DNA of 58,438 bases from Bacteroidales bacterium (GCA_023145515.1 JAGLDP010000001.1:1-58438), one strand, 5' to 3'; counted from the stretch's first letter, positions 45,483 to 56,145 are shown. Notes: generated by a model not told the origin, from the sequence alone. Made by a program: numbers and translations.

Positions 45483-45872
45483 TTAATTCATTTTTCTTTG
45501 TTTTAGGTCTATTAGTCCGGCATAAATGTGCAGTATTCCGGTGAAGAAAAAGATTGGGATAACTGCATCCGGAATGATGCTTCCTATGTTTATTGCGAAA
45601 ACGATGTAGCTTACAATAATCAGTATTCCGCCGGCAATTTCTTTCTGATTTGCCCAGATTATTCCAAAGAACATAGTCAGGATGCAGACAAAGCTTATGG
45701 TTTCTGTACCATTCAGACTTATTAATCGGTCAATACCGCCCTGACCGATAGCATTTATCAGCATAATAAGAAAGAGTAAAATGCCAATACCACGAGCTAG
45801 TATTCTCACCAGCTTCAGGATTTTCTCATCCTGTTCAGATTGTTTTTGAGATTTCTTGATGTCGCTTGTCAT
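45483..45872 (-). CDS. small 4-TM membrane protein (function unknown)
   Basis: 129 aa. A charged N-terminus followed by four hydrophobic helices. 4-nt overlap with the upstream GH20 gene suggests co-translation. Confidence 0.55.
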   Translation of the reverse strand: MTSDIKKSQKQSEQDEKILKLVRILARGIGILLFLIMLINAIGQGGIDRLISLNGTETISFVCILTMFFGIIWANQKEIAGGILIIVSYIVFAINIGSIIPDAVIPIFFFTGILHIYAGLIDLKQRKMN

Positions 45873-47893
45873 TTTGTGCTGTTGATTAGCTTTTCAATTC
45901 CAGAAACAACCATTAACTCAGTTTCTCCGTAGGGCAATTTGGCTTGTTTGCAAATTTTAAGAGCATATTTACGCCATTTTTCAGGAGGGTGTTCATTGTT
46001 TTGAAGATACTTAACTGCCTGTAATCCTAGAAAGGAAATAGCCTGCAGATTATTTGCCAAAGGTTTGATTTCATGCAGAATAGGGTTGTCATCAAGTACC
46101 TTTGTCAGGTTCTGATGATTAGCATACCAGTTATTCAGAAGGTCATTAATGTTCTCTAAATCATTTTGATCTCCGCCATTAATAAGGCGCTCAACGCTTA
46201 GATTAAAATTGCGGGCCACAGGGGCATCCGGACGAGTAGCATCAACAAAGCGGGTGTAAGGCATCAGGGCATTAATATCGCTCTGGGCATTCCGGCCATA
46301 ACGCTTAACAGATTCTACAACATCAGCCAGAGTGCGTAGTTCCTGAACTCCTTTACCACGACACAAACGTCTGAGCATCATGTTGTAGTTTTTTTCATGG
46401 GTTAATCCTAGTTCTTCAAGCTGAAGGCTTAGTACATCCATTCTCGCATACATGCTTTGCACATCTCTGACATCGCTTTTGCTCCACAATCTTTCAGCAA
46501 TAGCAGCTGTTCGGGGCCATATCCGACTGTCAATCGTTTCATGGGTTACCTGCTCACCCCACATGGTAGCTTCACCACCCAGAACCAACCTGGCCTGCTC
46601 AGGTGTTAGTCCCAGATCATCAGGCAGAGGGTCATTGAGATAATGAAAGGATGCTGGTTGTATAAGGTCAATATAATATCCGTTGCTAAGCATTACAGAA
46701 TATCCGGCTTTAGCCGCTGCTGCCAGTCCTTTTTGTCCGCGCCAGCTTTGAATGACTACATTTTTAGAAATATCCGGATGCTGGATTTCATCCCACCCAA
46801 CCATCTGTTTGCCATTTTTTGTTAGTATTTCAAGGAGTCTCTTGTTAAACATTGCCTGTAACTCATGATTATCTTTTATTCCCTTTTCTTTCATGAATTT
46901 TTGAATATGTTTGCTCTGCTTCCAGTGTTTTCCATTATTCTCATCACCTCCAATGTGCAGATAAGTATCAGGAAAAAGACCTGCCATTTCAGTGAGAAAA
47001 GCATCAAGAAATTCATAGGTGCTTTCTTTGCTTGGATCTAACACAGGGTTCATTACTCCCCATTCACGTTCAATGGAATACTTGCCGGGTACAGTGGCCA
47101 GCTCAGGATATCCCACCAGCCATGAGGTAGCATGACCTGGGATGTCAAACTCTGGAACAACCCTTATTCCCCTATCAGCTGCGTAACGAATAATGTCTTT
47201 CATTTGCTCCTGGGTGTAGTACATACCCTCTCCTCCCAGCTCATGTAATTTTGGAAATACTTTAGATTCAATCCTGAAGCCTTGGTCTTCAGTGAGATGC
47301 AGGTGTAATACGTTCATTTTTACGGCTGCCATTCCGTCGATATTTCGCTTAATAACGTCAACCGGCAGCCAATGTCTGGCAGGATCAATTAGTAGTCCTC
47401 TCCATGGAAAACGAGGAGAATCGTTGATTTGAGCTTCGGCAAAATAGTATCCTTCCTGATCAGAATTAAGCCATTGAATTAGAGTTTCTAATCCCCGCAA
47501 GGTCCCAATACTGGTTTTTGAATGAAGTTTAATGAGATTCTGAGTGATGTGTATACTGTATGATTCATCTACTCTCAGATCAAGCTCTCCGGTTTCATCA
47601 ACCGTGATTTCCATGCTGGGATTAGCAGGATTGTTCATAGACGGTCGTATTCTACCTTGCTGAATAAACAATCCTGTTCGTCCGGCTAATCGTCGCAAAA
47701 AATCATCTGCTCTGTCGTACACAAAATCTGCTGGTAATCCTTTTACCACAATTGAGAAGTCTTTATCAATAAGAAGATTTTGAGATCCGGTTTTTATTTC
47801 TTTCGGTAATGGCATTAATGAACCACCTTGCTGTGATATGGCAATAGAAAAACTGACTGCTAAGCTAATCAGCAATAATCCAAATTTCTTCAT
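45869..47893 (-). CDS. beta-N-acetylhexosaminidase (GH20)
   Basis: Signal peptide. 'FPWRGLLIDPARHW', 'MNVLHLHLTEDQGFRIE', 'HIGGDE' GH20 catalytic motifs. Confidence 0.9.
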   Translation of the reverse strand: MKKFGLLLISLAVSFSIAISQQGGSLMPLPKEIKTGSQNLLIDKDFSIVVKGLPADFVYDRADDFLRRLAGRTGLFIQQGRIRPSMNNPANPSMEITVDETGELDLRVDESYSIHITQNLIKLHSKTSIGTLRGLETLIQWLNSDQEGYYFAEAQINDSPRFPWRGLLIDPARHWLPVDVIKRNIDGMAAVKMNVLHLHLTEDQGFRIESKVFPKLHELGGEGMYYTQEQMKDIIRYAADRGIRVVPEFDIPGHATSWLVGYPELATVPGKYSIEREWGVMNPVLDPSKESTYEFLDAFLTEMAGLFPDTYLHIGGDENNGKHWKQSKHIQKFMKEKGIKDNHELQAMFNKRLLEILTKNGKQMVGWDEIQHPDISKNVVIQSWRGQKGLAAAAKAGYSVMLSNGYYIDLIQPASFHYLNDPLPDDLGLTPEQARLVLGGEATMWGEQVTHETIDSRIWPRTAAIAERLWSKSDVRDVQSMYARMDVLSLQLEELGLTHEKNYNMMLRRLCRGKGVQELRTLADVVESVKRYGRNAQSDINALMPYTRFVDATRPDAPVARNFNLSVERLINGGDQNDLENINDLLNNWYANHQNLTKVLDDNPILHEIKPLANNLQAISFLGLQAVKYLQNNEHPPEKWRKYALKICKQAKLPYGETELMVVSGIEKLINSTK

Positions 47894-47903
47894 AATGAAT
47901 GTA

Positions 47904-48365
47904 TTAGTCTTTTTTAAAAATATCGAATATACTGTAGTATATCATAAATAGTCCGCTCAAAGGTAATGAGAGATATACATATCCCAAGGGAATTCTGAGT
48001 GCAGGGGATATCTGCTCAAGTGTAAGAGTTATAAAAACCAGGCGTATTCCGCCGACAACGAGTACTGACAGGGCAAATAGTATTACCATCACATTAATAA
48101 AAATAAGGAGGTTCTCCTTCTTTTTACCTTTTAACTTAGAGGGCAGGATGTCAATTGCCAGATGTCTCTTTTTGCCGTGAGCATAGGCTGATCCAAATAA
48201 GCCAACCCACATGAGCAGGAATCTTGCCAGCTCATCTGTAAAGGAGCTGGGTGATTTTACCAGATATCTGGCAGCCACCTGCCAAACAACGTCCAGCACC
48301 AGGATTATCATTAGGATTATTAAGAGAGTTCCGAGAACCTTATCGATTTTTGCTTTTACTTTCAT
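47904..48365 (-). CDS. TRAP transporter small permease (DctQ family)
   Basis: 153 aa with four TM helices. 'DELARFLLMWVGLFGSAYA' is a DctQ-type motif. Immediately downstream of the DctP-like gene. Confidence 0.8.
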   Translation of the reverse strand: MKVKAKIDKVLGTLLIILMIILVLDVVWQVAARYLVKSPSSFTDELARFLLMWVGLFGSAYAHGKKRHLAIDILPSKLKGKKKENLLIFINVMVILFALSVLVVGGIRLVFITLTLEQISPALRIPLGYVYLSLPLSGLFMIYYSIFDIFKKD

Positions 48366-48371
48366 TCCTTT

Positions 48372-49349
48372 TTAGTTCTCAGATATTGCGTCTATTGCCT
48401 CAATAATTGCTTTCAGCTCCGGGTCTTTTTTATACTGTTCTTTAAGAGGCTTTACTTTTTCCATAAAAGGTTTTTTGTCAGGGTAAGATACTTCAACCCC
48501 TGCATCTTTTACGGCTTGTAATGATTCCTCTTCAGATTTCTTCCAGAGCTTACGCTGATATTCCTTAGATCTGTTGACTGCAATGGTGAGCCATTCTTTT
48601 TCCTTCTTGTTTAGTTTATTCCAGGTGTGGGTGCTGATCAGCATCACATCAGGAATAGAAGTATGCTCATTGATTGAGTAGTATTTGCAAACCTCATAGT
48701 GATGAGAAAGGTAGAAGCTTGGAGGATTGTTTTCTGCCCCATCAACCACGCCACCCTGCAGTGCAGTGTATAGTTCCCCCCATGAAATTGGTGTTGCAGC
48801 ACCTACAATGAGTTTGACCATCTCAATAGAGGTTGGACTAGACATCACCCTGATTTTCATTCCTTCCAGATCTTCAGGTTTTAGAATTGGGCGGTCTTTT
48901 GTGTAGAAACTTCTGCTTCCTGAATCATAAAAACATAGTCCTCGAAGCCAGAATTTTTGTCCGCTTTCCAAAATTGTTTGTCCAATTTGACCATCCTGCA
49001 CAGCATAAGCATGCTCTCTGTTTTGGAAGATATATGGGATGCTAAGCACTTTATATGCCGGAGCAAATCCTTCCATTACAGCTGCAGATACTTTTGTAAT
49101 ATCTACTGACCCAATTTGCAGCAGTTCTAAACATTGTCTTTCTGTTCCTAGTTGCTGACTAGGGTATATGCGGGTAGTTAGCTGACCATCAGATAGTTCT
49201 TCAAGCTGCTCTGTCATATAAACCATTGCTTGATGAACGGCATGTTTGGTATCTAATCCGTGTGCAAGAATTAGTATTTTTTGTGATTCAGTACTACAGG
49301 ATATAAGGATTATACTGGAGAAAAGAAAGATCGCTAATCTATTTATCAT
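48372..49349 (-). CDS. TRAP transporter substrate-binding protein (DctP family)
   Basis: Lipoprotein-type signal ('SIILISCS'). 'KIRVMSSPTSIEMVKLIVGAATPISWGELYTALQGGVVDGAENN' is the DctP-family core. Confidence 0.85.
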   Translation of the reverse strand: MINRLAIFLFSSIILISCSTESQKILILAHGLDTKHAVHQAMVYMTEQLEELSDGQLTTRIYPSQQLGTERQCLELLQIGSVDITKVSAAVMEGFAPAYKVLSIPYIFQNREHAYAVQDGQIGQTILESGQKFWLRGLCFYDSGSRSFYTKDRPILKPEDLEGMKIRVMSSPTSIEMVKLIVGAATPISWGELYTALQGGVVDGAENNPPSFYLSHHYEVCKYYSINEHTSIPDVMLISTHTWNKLNKKEKEWLTIAVNRSKEYQRKLWKKSEEESLQAVKDAGVEVSYPDKKPFMEKVKPLKEQYKKDPELKAIIEAIDAISEN

Positions 49350-50422
49350 GAGTTAGTTTTTGCTTCCGTGTGCGTACACGAAAGTACAATTATTTTTCCT
49401 TTCAGATGACTTTCATGGGCAGCATCAATAATTTTTATAACATTCAATCCTTCTTCGGCGCTTACAGCTACCTGATTATTTTTGATTAACTCTTCATAAA
49501 CTGCATCGTAGAAATTCAGATAATTACCAGGCATACTTTCAATTATCTGTCCTTCAGAATTATTATCTAAGGTATAAATTGTTCCCCAATCATTGATGTT
49601 TTCTATGCCAATATCCGGATGATCTGCTTCCCATCCATTGTTAAGACGCTCTTCTTGCGGGTCGCTTCCTGATTTTATATAACTTCCTTTGGTTCCATGA
49701 ATGATGAACTTTGCAAGGTCCTTTTTTACAAGGTAGCTTGATCTGAGTATTACTCTGAGTTTAGGATAATAGAGAGTAAGGTTGAAATAGTCAACGATTT
49801 TTGTTTCTTCTCTGAGCTTTTGAATATCGGCATAAACAGAATCTGGCCATCCGAACAAAACTAAGGCCTGATCAATTAGATGAGCGCCAAGGTTATATAA
49901 TAATCCCGGACCAAGTTTTTCATCTTCTTTCCAGGTTCCTTTTGGAGGGTCTGGACGAAAACGATCATAATGCGCCTCATATTCAACCACTTTGCCTAGC
50001 TGCTCAGAGTTTAGTATTTTCTGAATGGTGAGGAAATCACTATCCCATCTGCGATTTTGAAAAACAAATAAACCCAGATGTAGTTCTTCTGCCAGCTTAA
50101 GTAGTTTTTGGCCTTCTGATGTTGTTAGAGTAAATGGTTTTTCAACTATTACGTGCTTTCCTGCTTCCAGAGCTTGTTTGCAAAACAGACCATGAAGGTG
50201 ATCTGGTACATTCACTACAACGAGATCAATATCAGGGTCTTTTAGTAACTCAGGATAGGTTCTGAACGTTTTTATCTCTGGATGAAATTGGATGGCCTTA
50301 TTTTCACTTCTTTCTAAGACAGCCGACAAAATCAATCCAGGATGGGCTTTAATCAGAGGGCCGTGAAAGACTCTGCCAGACATTCCAAATGAACAAAGAG
50401 CGCAACTAATTTTTTCCTTCAC
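49346..50422 (-). CDS. Gfo/Idh/MocA family oxidoreductase
   Basis: Rossmann N-terminus 'FGMSGRVFHGP', 'DLVVVNVPDHLH' and 'HVIVEKPF' (EKP motif). GTG start. 4-nt overlap with the DctP gene. Confidence 0.85.
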   Translation of the reverse strand: MKEKISCALCSFGMSGRVFHGPLIKAHPGLILSAVLERSENKAIQFHPEIKTFRTYPELLKDPDIDLVVVNVPDHLHGLFCKQALEAGKHVIVEKPFTLTTSEGQKLLKLAEELHLGLFVFQNRRWDSDFLTIQKILNSEQLGKVVEYEAHYDRFRPDPPKGTWKEDEKLGPGLLYNLGAHLIDQALVLFGWPDSVYADIQKLREETKIVDYFNLTLYYPKLRVILRSSYLVKKDLAKFIIHGTKGSYIKSGSDPQEERLNNGWEADHPDIGIENINDWGTIYTLDNNSEGQIIESMPGNYLNFYDAVYEELIKNNQVAVSAEEGLNVIKIIDAAHESHLKGKIIVLSCTHTEAKTNS

Positions 50423-50512
50423 GGTTTTTTAATAATTTTAGTGAACTTTGACAAGGACCTGAAATTACATTATTTTCAATTGTAATCAAATGGGATTAAT
50501 ACAATAAATTGC

Positions 50513-50938
50513 ATGGAAAATCAATCGGAAAATAAAGACTATAATCAAGCCATACTGAAGTACAATTGGGAAAATCTGGTATTTCTTATAGCTGAAGATA
50601 TTGAAATGAATTATTTATTTCTGGCAGAAGCTTTAAAGAAAACAGGAGTAAGCGTGCTTTGGGCGGTGAATGGACTTCAGGCTGTTGAATTGTGTCAGAC
50701 CACTGAAAAGCTGGATATGCTCATTACGGATATTCAGATGCCTGAGATGGATGGGTTCGCAGCAACCCGTCAGATTTCTCAGATGCGTCCAGAATTACCT
50801 ATCATTGGATATACGGCTTATTCTTATGAGGGTGTACGTGATAAAATGGTCTTAGCTGGGGCTAAAGAGTGTTTAATCAAACCTTTTGAGCCAAGGAAAC
50901 TGCTCTTGACTATCAGGAAGTACCTGTTTAAACCTTGA
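50513..50938 (+). CDS. stand-alone response regulator receiver domain protein
   Basis: 141 aa. 'LIAEDIEMN', phospho-acceptor 'LITDIQMPEMDG', 'IIGYTA', 'LIKPF'. No output domain and no adjacent kinase. Confidence 0.85.
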   Translation: MENQSENKDYNQAILKYNWENLVFLIAEDIEMNYLFLAEALKKTGVSVLWAVNGLQAVELCQTTEKLDMLITDIQMPEMDGFAATRQISQMRPELPIIGYTAYSYEGVRDKMVLAGAKECLIKPFEPRKLLLTIRKYLFKP

Positions 50939-50958
50939 TTTTATTTGTTTAGTTTATC

Positions 50959-51375
50959 GTGAAAAAATCATATCTACACAAGCTTCTGTCAATTCTACTC
51001 ATTCTGTTGATAGTTATTGGATTGGGAATAAGACTTATATTTCCTCCATATTTTAATATTGGCAAACTCATTCCTGAAGCATCGATTACAGAATCTGCAC
51101 TTTTTGACAGTTTTATTACTAATCCTATTGATGCCCAGAGTCGTTTTGCCCAGCAGGTGATTTTGCTTGAAGGCCGAATAACGGGATTAGATGATGATAT
51201 GATTCTTTTGGGTAGGGGAATGGAAGTGGTTCGTATTAAGTTGATTAAAAACTGGAGGTATCCGGTTCCTGAGCATAATTATGATGATAAAATCCAGGTT
51301 AAAGGAATTTGCAGAGGCTTAGATATGACCGAGGTTTTAGTTACCCATGCCTTTATTGTTACTGTAAGAGAATAG
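50959..51375 (+). CDS. membrane-anchored hypothetical protein (possible OB-fold)
   Basis: GTG start. N-terminal TM helix, then a ~100-aa beta-rich domain ('VILLEGRITGL...IQVKGICRG'). The family assignment is tentative. Confidence 0.5.
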   Translation: MKKSYLHKLLSILLILLIVIGLGIRLIFPPYFNIGKLIPEASITESALFDSFITNPIDAQSRFAQQVILLEGRITGLDDDMILLGRGMEVVRIKLIKNWRYPVPEHNYDDKIQVKGICRGLDMTEVLVTHAFIVTVRE

Positions 51376-51379
51376 CTTC

Positions 51380-53461
51380 CTATTCTTTTAGCCATTGATC
51401 AAGCCACTCAAAAAACGTTCGTTGCCATAAGATCCCATTTTGGGGTGATAGTACCCAATGGTTTTCTTCAGGATAATACAGGAATTTTGCTGGTACACCA
51501 ACTAGTTTTGCTGCATTAAAAGCTTGCATTCCCTGAGAAATTGTTACCCTATAGTCTTTTTGTCCGTGAATAACCAGAATAGGAGTGTCCCATAAGTGCA
51601 CGAATTTATGAGGAGAAGTAGCATAAGTCTTTTGTGCTATCGGGTTGTCAAAATCCCAGAAAGAACCTCCCATATCCCAATTTGCAAACCACATTTCTTC
51701 TGTTTCAAGATACTGACTCTCAAAGTTAAACATACCGTCATGGGCTATAAATGCCTTAAAACGTTTATTGTGGTTTCCTGCCAGCCAATATACACTAAAG
51801 CCTCCGTAAGATGCACCTACTGCACCCAGGCGATCCTCATCAACATAAGGTTCTGTGGCTACTGAATCAATGGCTACCAAATAATCGAGCATATTTTGTC
51901 CGCCATAATCACCTGAGATTTGCTCTAGCCATTCTTGTCCGAAGCCCGGCAAGCCTCGCCGGTTAGGTGCGACAATAATATAATCGTTAGCGGCCATCAT
52001 TTGAAAGTTCCAGCGAAACGACCAAAACTGGCTAACAGTGCCCTGTGGACCGCCTTGGCAATATAATAGAGCAGGATACTTCTTTTTTGGGTCAAAATTT
52101 GGCGGATAAATCACCCAAACCTTCATCTGTTTATTATCTGTTGTTGTTACCCATCGTGATTCTACTCTTCCTAACTTCAATTGTTCTAGTAAATCCTTAT
52201 TTATAAAGGAGATTTCAGAAGCTTCACCTGTAACAGGATCAACTAAATAAATTTCATCAGGCTTTGACATAGAATGACGTGTGGCAATAATTTTTCCTGA
52301 TGTTGGGAAAACCTGTGCGTAATCGTGAATGCCAGCTGTAAGCTTATCAATACGATTCTCAAGTAATGTGTATTTGTAAATTTCTTTAGTTGCGTGCCTG
52401 TCAGAAATAAACCAAATGACTTCGCTATTCAGACTCCAGATCAGTGAATGAACATTCTGATCAAAATCCTCAGTCAGGTATGTTTTCTCCATACTATTCA
52501 AATCCATGAGGAAAAATCTGTTTTTGTCAGATTCATACCCATCTCTTTCCATGCTTTCCCAGGCCAGCCATTTTCCATCAGGAGAGAAGACAGGGTTCAT
52601 GTCATATCCCATCATCCCTGTTGTCAGGTTTATTGTATTACCTGTTTTTAAATCATATTGATAAAGGTCAGAATTGGTAGACAGCGTGTACTCAACTCCT
52701 TTTTTCTTGTGACAAGTATATACTAATTTGTCACTATCAGGCGACCAGGCAATTTGTTCCATGCCACCAAATGGCTTCATCGGGGTATCCCACAGTTCAC
52801 CCTCAATAATATCAAGCACTTCACTGACTTTGCCTCTTGAATACTTCGCAACAAACACATGAGAGTAAGTGTCGGTCCAGGTATCCCAATGTCTGTACAT
52901 CAGGTCGTCAATTACCCTTGCATTAGCTTTTGGCAGATCAGGATGAATATCTTGAACATTGGCTTCCAGTTTTACTTCCTTGATGAAAACCAAGTGTTTA
53001 CCATCGGGGGAATAGGAGAAGCCTCCAATATTTTCAGGAATTCCTGAAACGGCTTTAACTGCAGTTCCATCCGGATTCATTTCGAACATCTTTCCAGCTT
53101 TCAGGAAGCCTATTTTTTTTCCATCAGGACGCCATACGGCGTTATATTCATTTCCTGGAGTATTTGTTAAGACTACTCGTTCACCCCCTTCAGCTGGCAT
53201 TAGATACAGATCTCTGTAAGATCGATCATTCTCTTTGCTGTAATAACTGACGCCAAACAATATTTGCGATTGATCCGGCGATAAGCAAACCCCTCCTAGC
53301 CGTCCGAATGACCATAAGACTTCAGGAGTCATAATGTCACTTGTTAGCTTGGGTGTTAAGGGTTGGTAGTTTTCTATTTTATCGCTAGAATTACAACTGC
53401 CCAGAATCAGAATAAACACAAAAAGTACTGTAGAGAAGGAAAGGTAAGCTGATCTTTTCAT
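51380..53461 (-). CDS. S9 family serine peptidase (prolyl oligopeptidase / acylaminoacyl-peptidase type) with N-terminal beta-propeller
   Basis: Lipoprotein-type signal ('ILILGSCN'). Repeated 'SPDG' propeller blades. Nucleophile 'GASYGGF', 'HGQKDYRV', 'ENHW'. Confidence 0.9.
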   Translation of the reverse strand: MKRSAYLSFSTVLFVFILILGSCNSSDKIENYQPLTPKLTSDIMTPEVLWSFGRLGGVCLSPDQSQILFGVSYYSKENDRSYRDLYLMPAEGGERVVLTNTPGNEYNAVWRPDGKKIGFLKAGKMFEMNPDGTAVKAVSGIPENIGGFSYSPDGKHLVFIKEVKLEANVQDIHPDLPKANARVIDDLMYRHWDTWTDTYSHVFVAKYSRGKVSEVLDIIEGELWDTPMKPFGGMEQIAWSPDSDKLVYTCHKKKGVEYTLSTNSDLYQYDLKTGNTINLTTGMMGYDMNPVFSPDGKWLAWESMERDGYESDKNRFFLMDLNSMEKTYLTEDFDQNVHSLIWSLNSEVIWFISDRHATKEIYKYTLLENRIDKLTAGIHDYAQVFPTSGKIIATRHSMSKPDEIYLVDPVTGEASEISFINKDLLEQLKLGRVESRWVTTTDNKQMKVWVIYPPNFDPKKKYPALLYCQGGPQGTVSQFWSFRWNFQMMAANDYIIVAPNRRGLPGFGQEWLEQISGDYGGQNMLDYLVAIDSVATEPYVDEDRLGAVGASYGGFSVYWLAGNHNKRFKAFIAHDGMFNFESQYLETEEMWFANWDMGGSFWDFDNPIAQKTYATSPHKFVHLWDTPILVIHGQKDYRVTISQGMQAFNAAKLVGVPAKFLYYPEENHWVLSPQNGILWQRTFFEWLDQWLKE

Positions 53462-53467
53462 AGCTTT

Positions 53468-54544
53468 TTAGTATTTGAAGGGTTTTCCATCATCAAGACG
53501 GTTAAGTCCTTTTATGCTAAGCGGATAATTAGTTTGGATGTCAAGGGATTTATTATAATCGGCTCGTGCCAGTTTTAGTTTTCCCATAATCTCATAAGTA
53601 AAACCGCGGTTATACCAGGCTTCAATATAGTTGTGTTCTTTGTTTATGGCTGTAGTGAAAAATTCAATAGCCTTCTCAAAATCTTGTTTATATATCAAAT
53701 GGATATATCCAAGATTGTAATATGGATTTGCCACTGTACTATCTACTTCCTGAATGATATAGTTGTATTCATTTTCAGCTTCAACCTGGTAGTTGTGATC
53801 TTGCAGATACAGAGCTAGATTGTATCGAGCTTCATAGCTGTCGGGTATGATATCGATAGCTGCCCTATAATAGTCTATAGAAAGATTATTATGCATTCCA
53901 GCATGTACTCTTCCGAGCATCATGTAGGCTGAATAAAACTCAGGGTCCTTTTCAATCGCAAATCTTAAGTTTCGAATAGCATTGGTTGAATCCTTATTTT
54001 CAAGAAGAATTAATCCTTGCAGGAAATATATTTGTCCTAGATTATCATTTAGAGTAACCACTTCCCTAAGAATTGTTTTAGCCTGAGAGTATTCCTTAAG
54101 ATAGAAATGAATTTCAGCTAGTTTGAGCATGATATCTGTATTGCCAGGGAATAGATTCAGGCATTGGGTGAGTCCTTTCTTGGCAGAATTTGGTTGTCCT
54201 CCATAAATGAAGTATTCTGCCTGCATCGTATAGTATATAGGATTAAGTGAATCCAGACGAATGGCTAGCGCAATATCATTTATCGCTTCATCGAATTGGT
54301 TTTGAAATGATCTGAGGCCTGCTCTTTTTGCAAAGAGATCGGCATTCAGGGGGTCATGCCTAAGCATGGTTGTTAAGCTCTCAATAGTAAACGTAGCTTC
54401 AGATATTTCTGTACTGTCTTGTTTAATGTTTTCAGATTCATTTTTTTCTTCATTGCTGGTTTTGCAGCTGTTTAAAAAAAAGATTCCTCCAACAAATAGT
54501 AAGAAAGCCGTCTTTCCGACGGCTTTCAAAAGTTTATCCTTCAT
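53468..54544 (-). CDS. tetratricopeptide repeat lipoprotein
   Basis: Signal with 'FFLNSC'. Multiple 34-aa TPR units (A..Y...G..Y....Y..A...F..A pattern). Overlaps the recA stop by 11 nt. Confidence 0.8.
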   Translation of the reverse strand: MKDKLLKAVGKTAFLLFVGGIFFLNSCKTSNEEKNESENIKQDSTEISEATFTIESLTTMLRHDPLNADLFAKRAGLRSFQNQFDEAINDIALAIRLDSLNPIYYTMQAEYFIYGGQPNSAKKGLTQCLNLFPGNTDIMLKLAEIHFYLKEYSQAKTILREVVTLNDNLGQIYFLQGLILLENKDSTNAIRNLRFAIEKDPEFYSAYMMLGRVHAGMHNNLSIDYYRAAIDIIPDSYEARYNLALYLQDHNYQVEAENEYNYIIQEVDSTVANPYYNLGYIHLIYKQDFEKAIEFFTTAINKEHNYIEAWYNRGFTYEIMGKLKLARADYNKSLDIQTNYPLSIKGLNRLDDGKPFKY

Positions 54545-55544
54545 GATTTAATGCTTCTCTGATTTTGTTTTCAATTTCATCAGATAATTCAGGGTTGTCA
54601 AGCAAAAGATTGCGCACAGCATCTCTTCCTTGTCCGAGTTTAGTATCCCCATAAGAATACCAGGAGCCTGATTTCTTAACTATATTCATATCAACACCAA
54701 GGTCAATAATCTCACCGGTTTTAGATATTCCTTTTCCAAAAACGATATCAAATTCAGCTTTTCTAAAAGGAGGAGCAACCTTATTTTTGACTAATTTCAC
54801 TCGGGTTCTGTTGCCTGTAACTTCCTCACCATCTTTTATTTGTCCGATTCTTCTGATATCCATCCTAACAGATGAGTAGAACTTCAGAGCGTTACCACCA
54901 GTGGTTGTTTCAGGATTGCCGAACATAACGCCAATTTTCTCTCTCAGCTGATTGATGAAAATCACACAAGTCTTGGTTTTGCTAATACTGCTTGTAAGTT
55001 TACGCAGTGCTTGCGACATCAGGCGAGCCTGGAGTCCCATTTTTGATTCACCCATTTCACCATCAATTTCTGCTTTAGGTGTTAGTGCTGCTACAGAATC
55101 GATCACGATGATATCAATTGCTCCAGACCTGATCAGGTGGTCGGTGATTTCCAGAGCTTGCTCGCCGTTATCGGGTTGTGATATAAGCAGATTCTCAACA
55201 TCCACTCCTAGTTTTTCAGCATAGAATCTATCGAAGGCATGCTCAGCATCAATAAAGGCAGCTATTCCTCCGCCTTTCTGGGCTTCGGCAATGGCATGGA
55301 TGGCTAAGGTTGTTTTTCCGGAAGATTCAGGACCAAAAATCTCAATAACACGTCCTTTGGGTAAGCCACCAACGCCAAGCGCAATATCCAGCGATAGTGA
55401 GCCGGTTGGAATAATTGGGATATCTTCTATGGCATTATCTCCCATTCGCATGATAGTACCTTTGCCGTAACTTTTCTCGATTTTATCGAGCGTTAATTGC
55501 AGGGCTTTCAGCTTTTCTTGATTTTGATTTTGTTCTTTGGTCAT
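54534..55544 (-). CDS. recA: recombinase RecA
   Basis: '[18 protein letters not shown]' Walker A, '[10 protein letters not shown]', '[28 protein letters not shown]'. Confidence 0.97.
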   Translation of the reverse strand: MTKEQNQNQEKLKALQLTLDKIEKSYGKGTIMRMGDNAIEDIPIIPTGSLSLDIALGVGGLPKGRVIEIFGPESSGKTTLAIHAIAEAQKGGGIAAFIDAEHAFDRFYAEKLGVDVENLLISQPDNGEQALEITDHLIRSGAIDIIVIDSVAALTPKAEIDGEMGESKMGLQARLMSQALRKLTSSISKTKTCVIFINQLREKIGVMFGNPETTTGGNALKFYSSVRMDIRRIGQIKDGEEVTGNRTRVKLVKNKVAPPFRKAEFDIVFGKGISKTGEIIDLGVDMNIVKKSGSWYSYGDTKLGQGRDAVRNLLLDNPELSDEIENKIREALNHEG

Positions 55545-55848
55545 ATATTTTAATATTTTGATACCTGATAATATAGATGCATTATGAGTTCAATAATGGA
55601 AAAAAACTGACAGTTTTATTTGAAATCTGTGAGAATTTGCTCAGTATGCTCTTTGGTTTTTGCTTTTGCATGGTATTTCTCACTGTTCGCACCAAATTAG
55701 GTTAATTTACAAATATATCAACTTATTGGGCTCTATGCTGATCCGAATTATGGAACTTTATTAACAAGTCCAATGTAAGTTGTCAATAAAAATTATTATT
55801 TTGCGTCCCCTTTATCGGGAAATACTTGAATAATAAGTACTACAAGGG

Positions 55849-56133
55849 ATGGAGCAAAAGGTTGTTAAGAAGAAATCAGGGGTCAGCAGTTCAGTTGATA
55901 GTGGAGATAAGGATCTTAGATTTATCATTCTGCACAATGATGAAGTGAATACTTTTGATCATGTTATTGAGTCGTTGATTCAGGTTTGTAGTCATGATTC
56001 TATACAAGCAGAGCAGTGTGCATATATCACCCATCACAAAGGGAAATGCGATGTAAGATCAGGATCGTATTCAGAATTATCACCTATCAGACTTGCTCTT
56101 ATGGAGCGAGGCTTGCAAGTAACTATTGATTGA
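55849..56133 (+). CDS. clpS: ATP-dependent Clp protease adaptor ClpS
   Basis: 94 aa. 'FIILHNDEVNTFDHVIESLIQVCSHDSIQAEQCAYITHHKGKCDV' fits the ClpS core. Confidence 0.85.
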   Translation: MEQKVVKKKSGVSSSVDSGDKDLRFIILHNDEVNTFDHVIESLIQVCSHDSIQAEQCAYITHHKGKCDVRSGSYSELSPIRLALMERGLQVTID

Positions 56134-56145
56134 CATTTTGATATT

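Noticed and set aside
45290-45544. An 84-aa plus-strand ORF ending '...YRAQGSRLKAQGSGLRAQGFNS...'.
   Set aside because: It starts out of frame inside the DUF192 gene. It simply reads through the GCTCARG heptamer array and continues antisense into the next gene. The periodic peptide is an artefact of translating the repeat.
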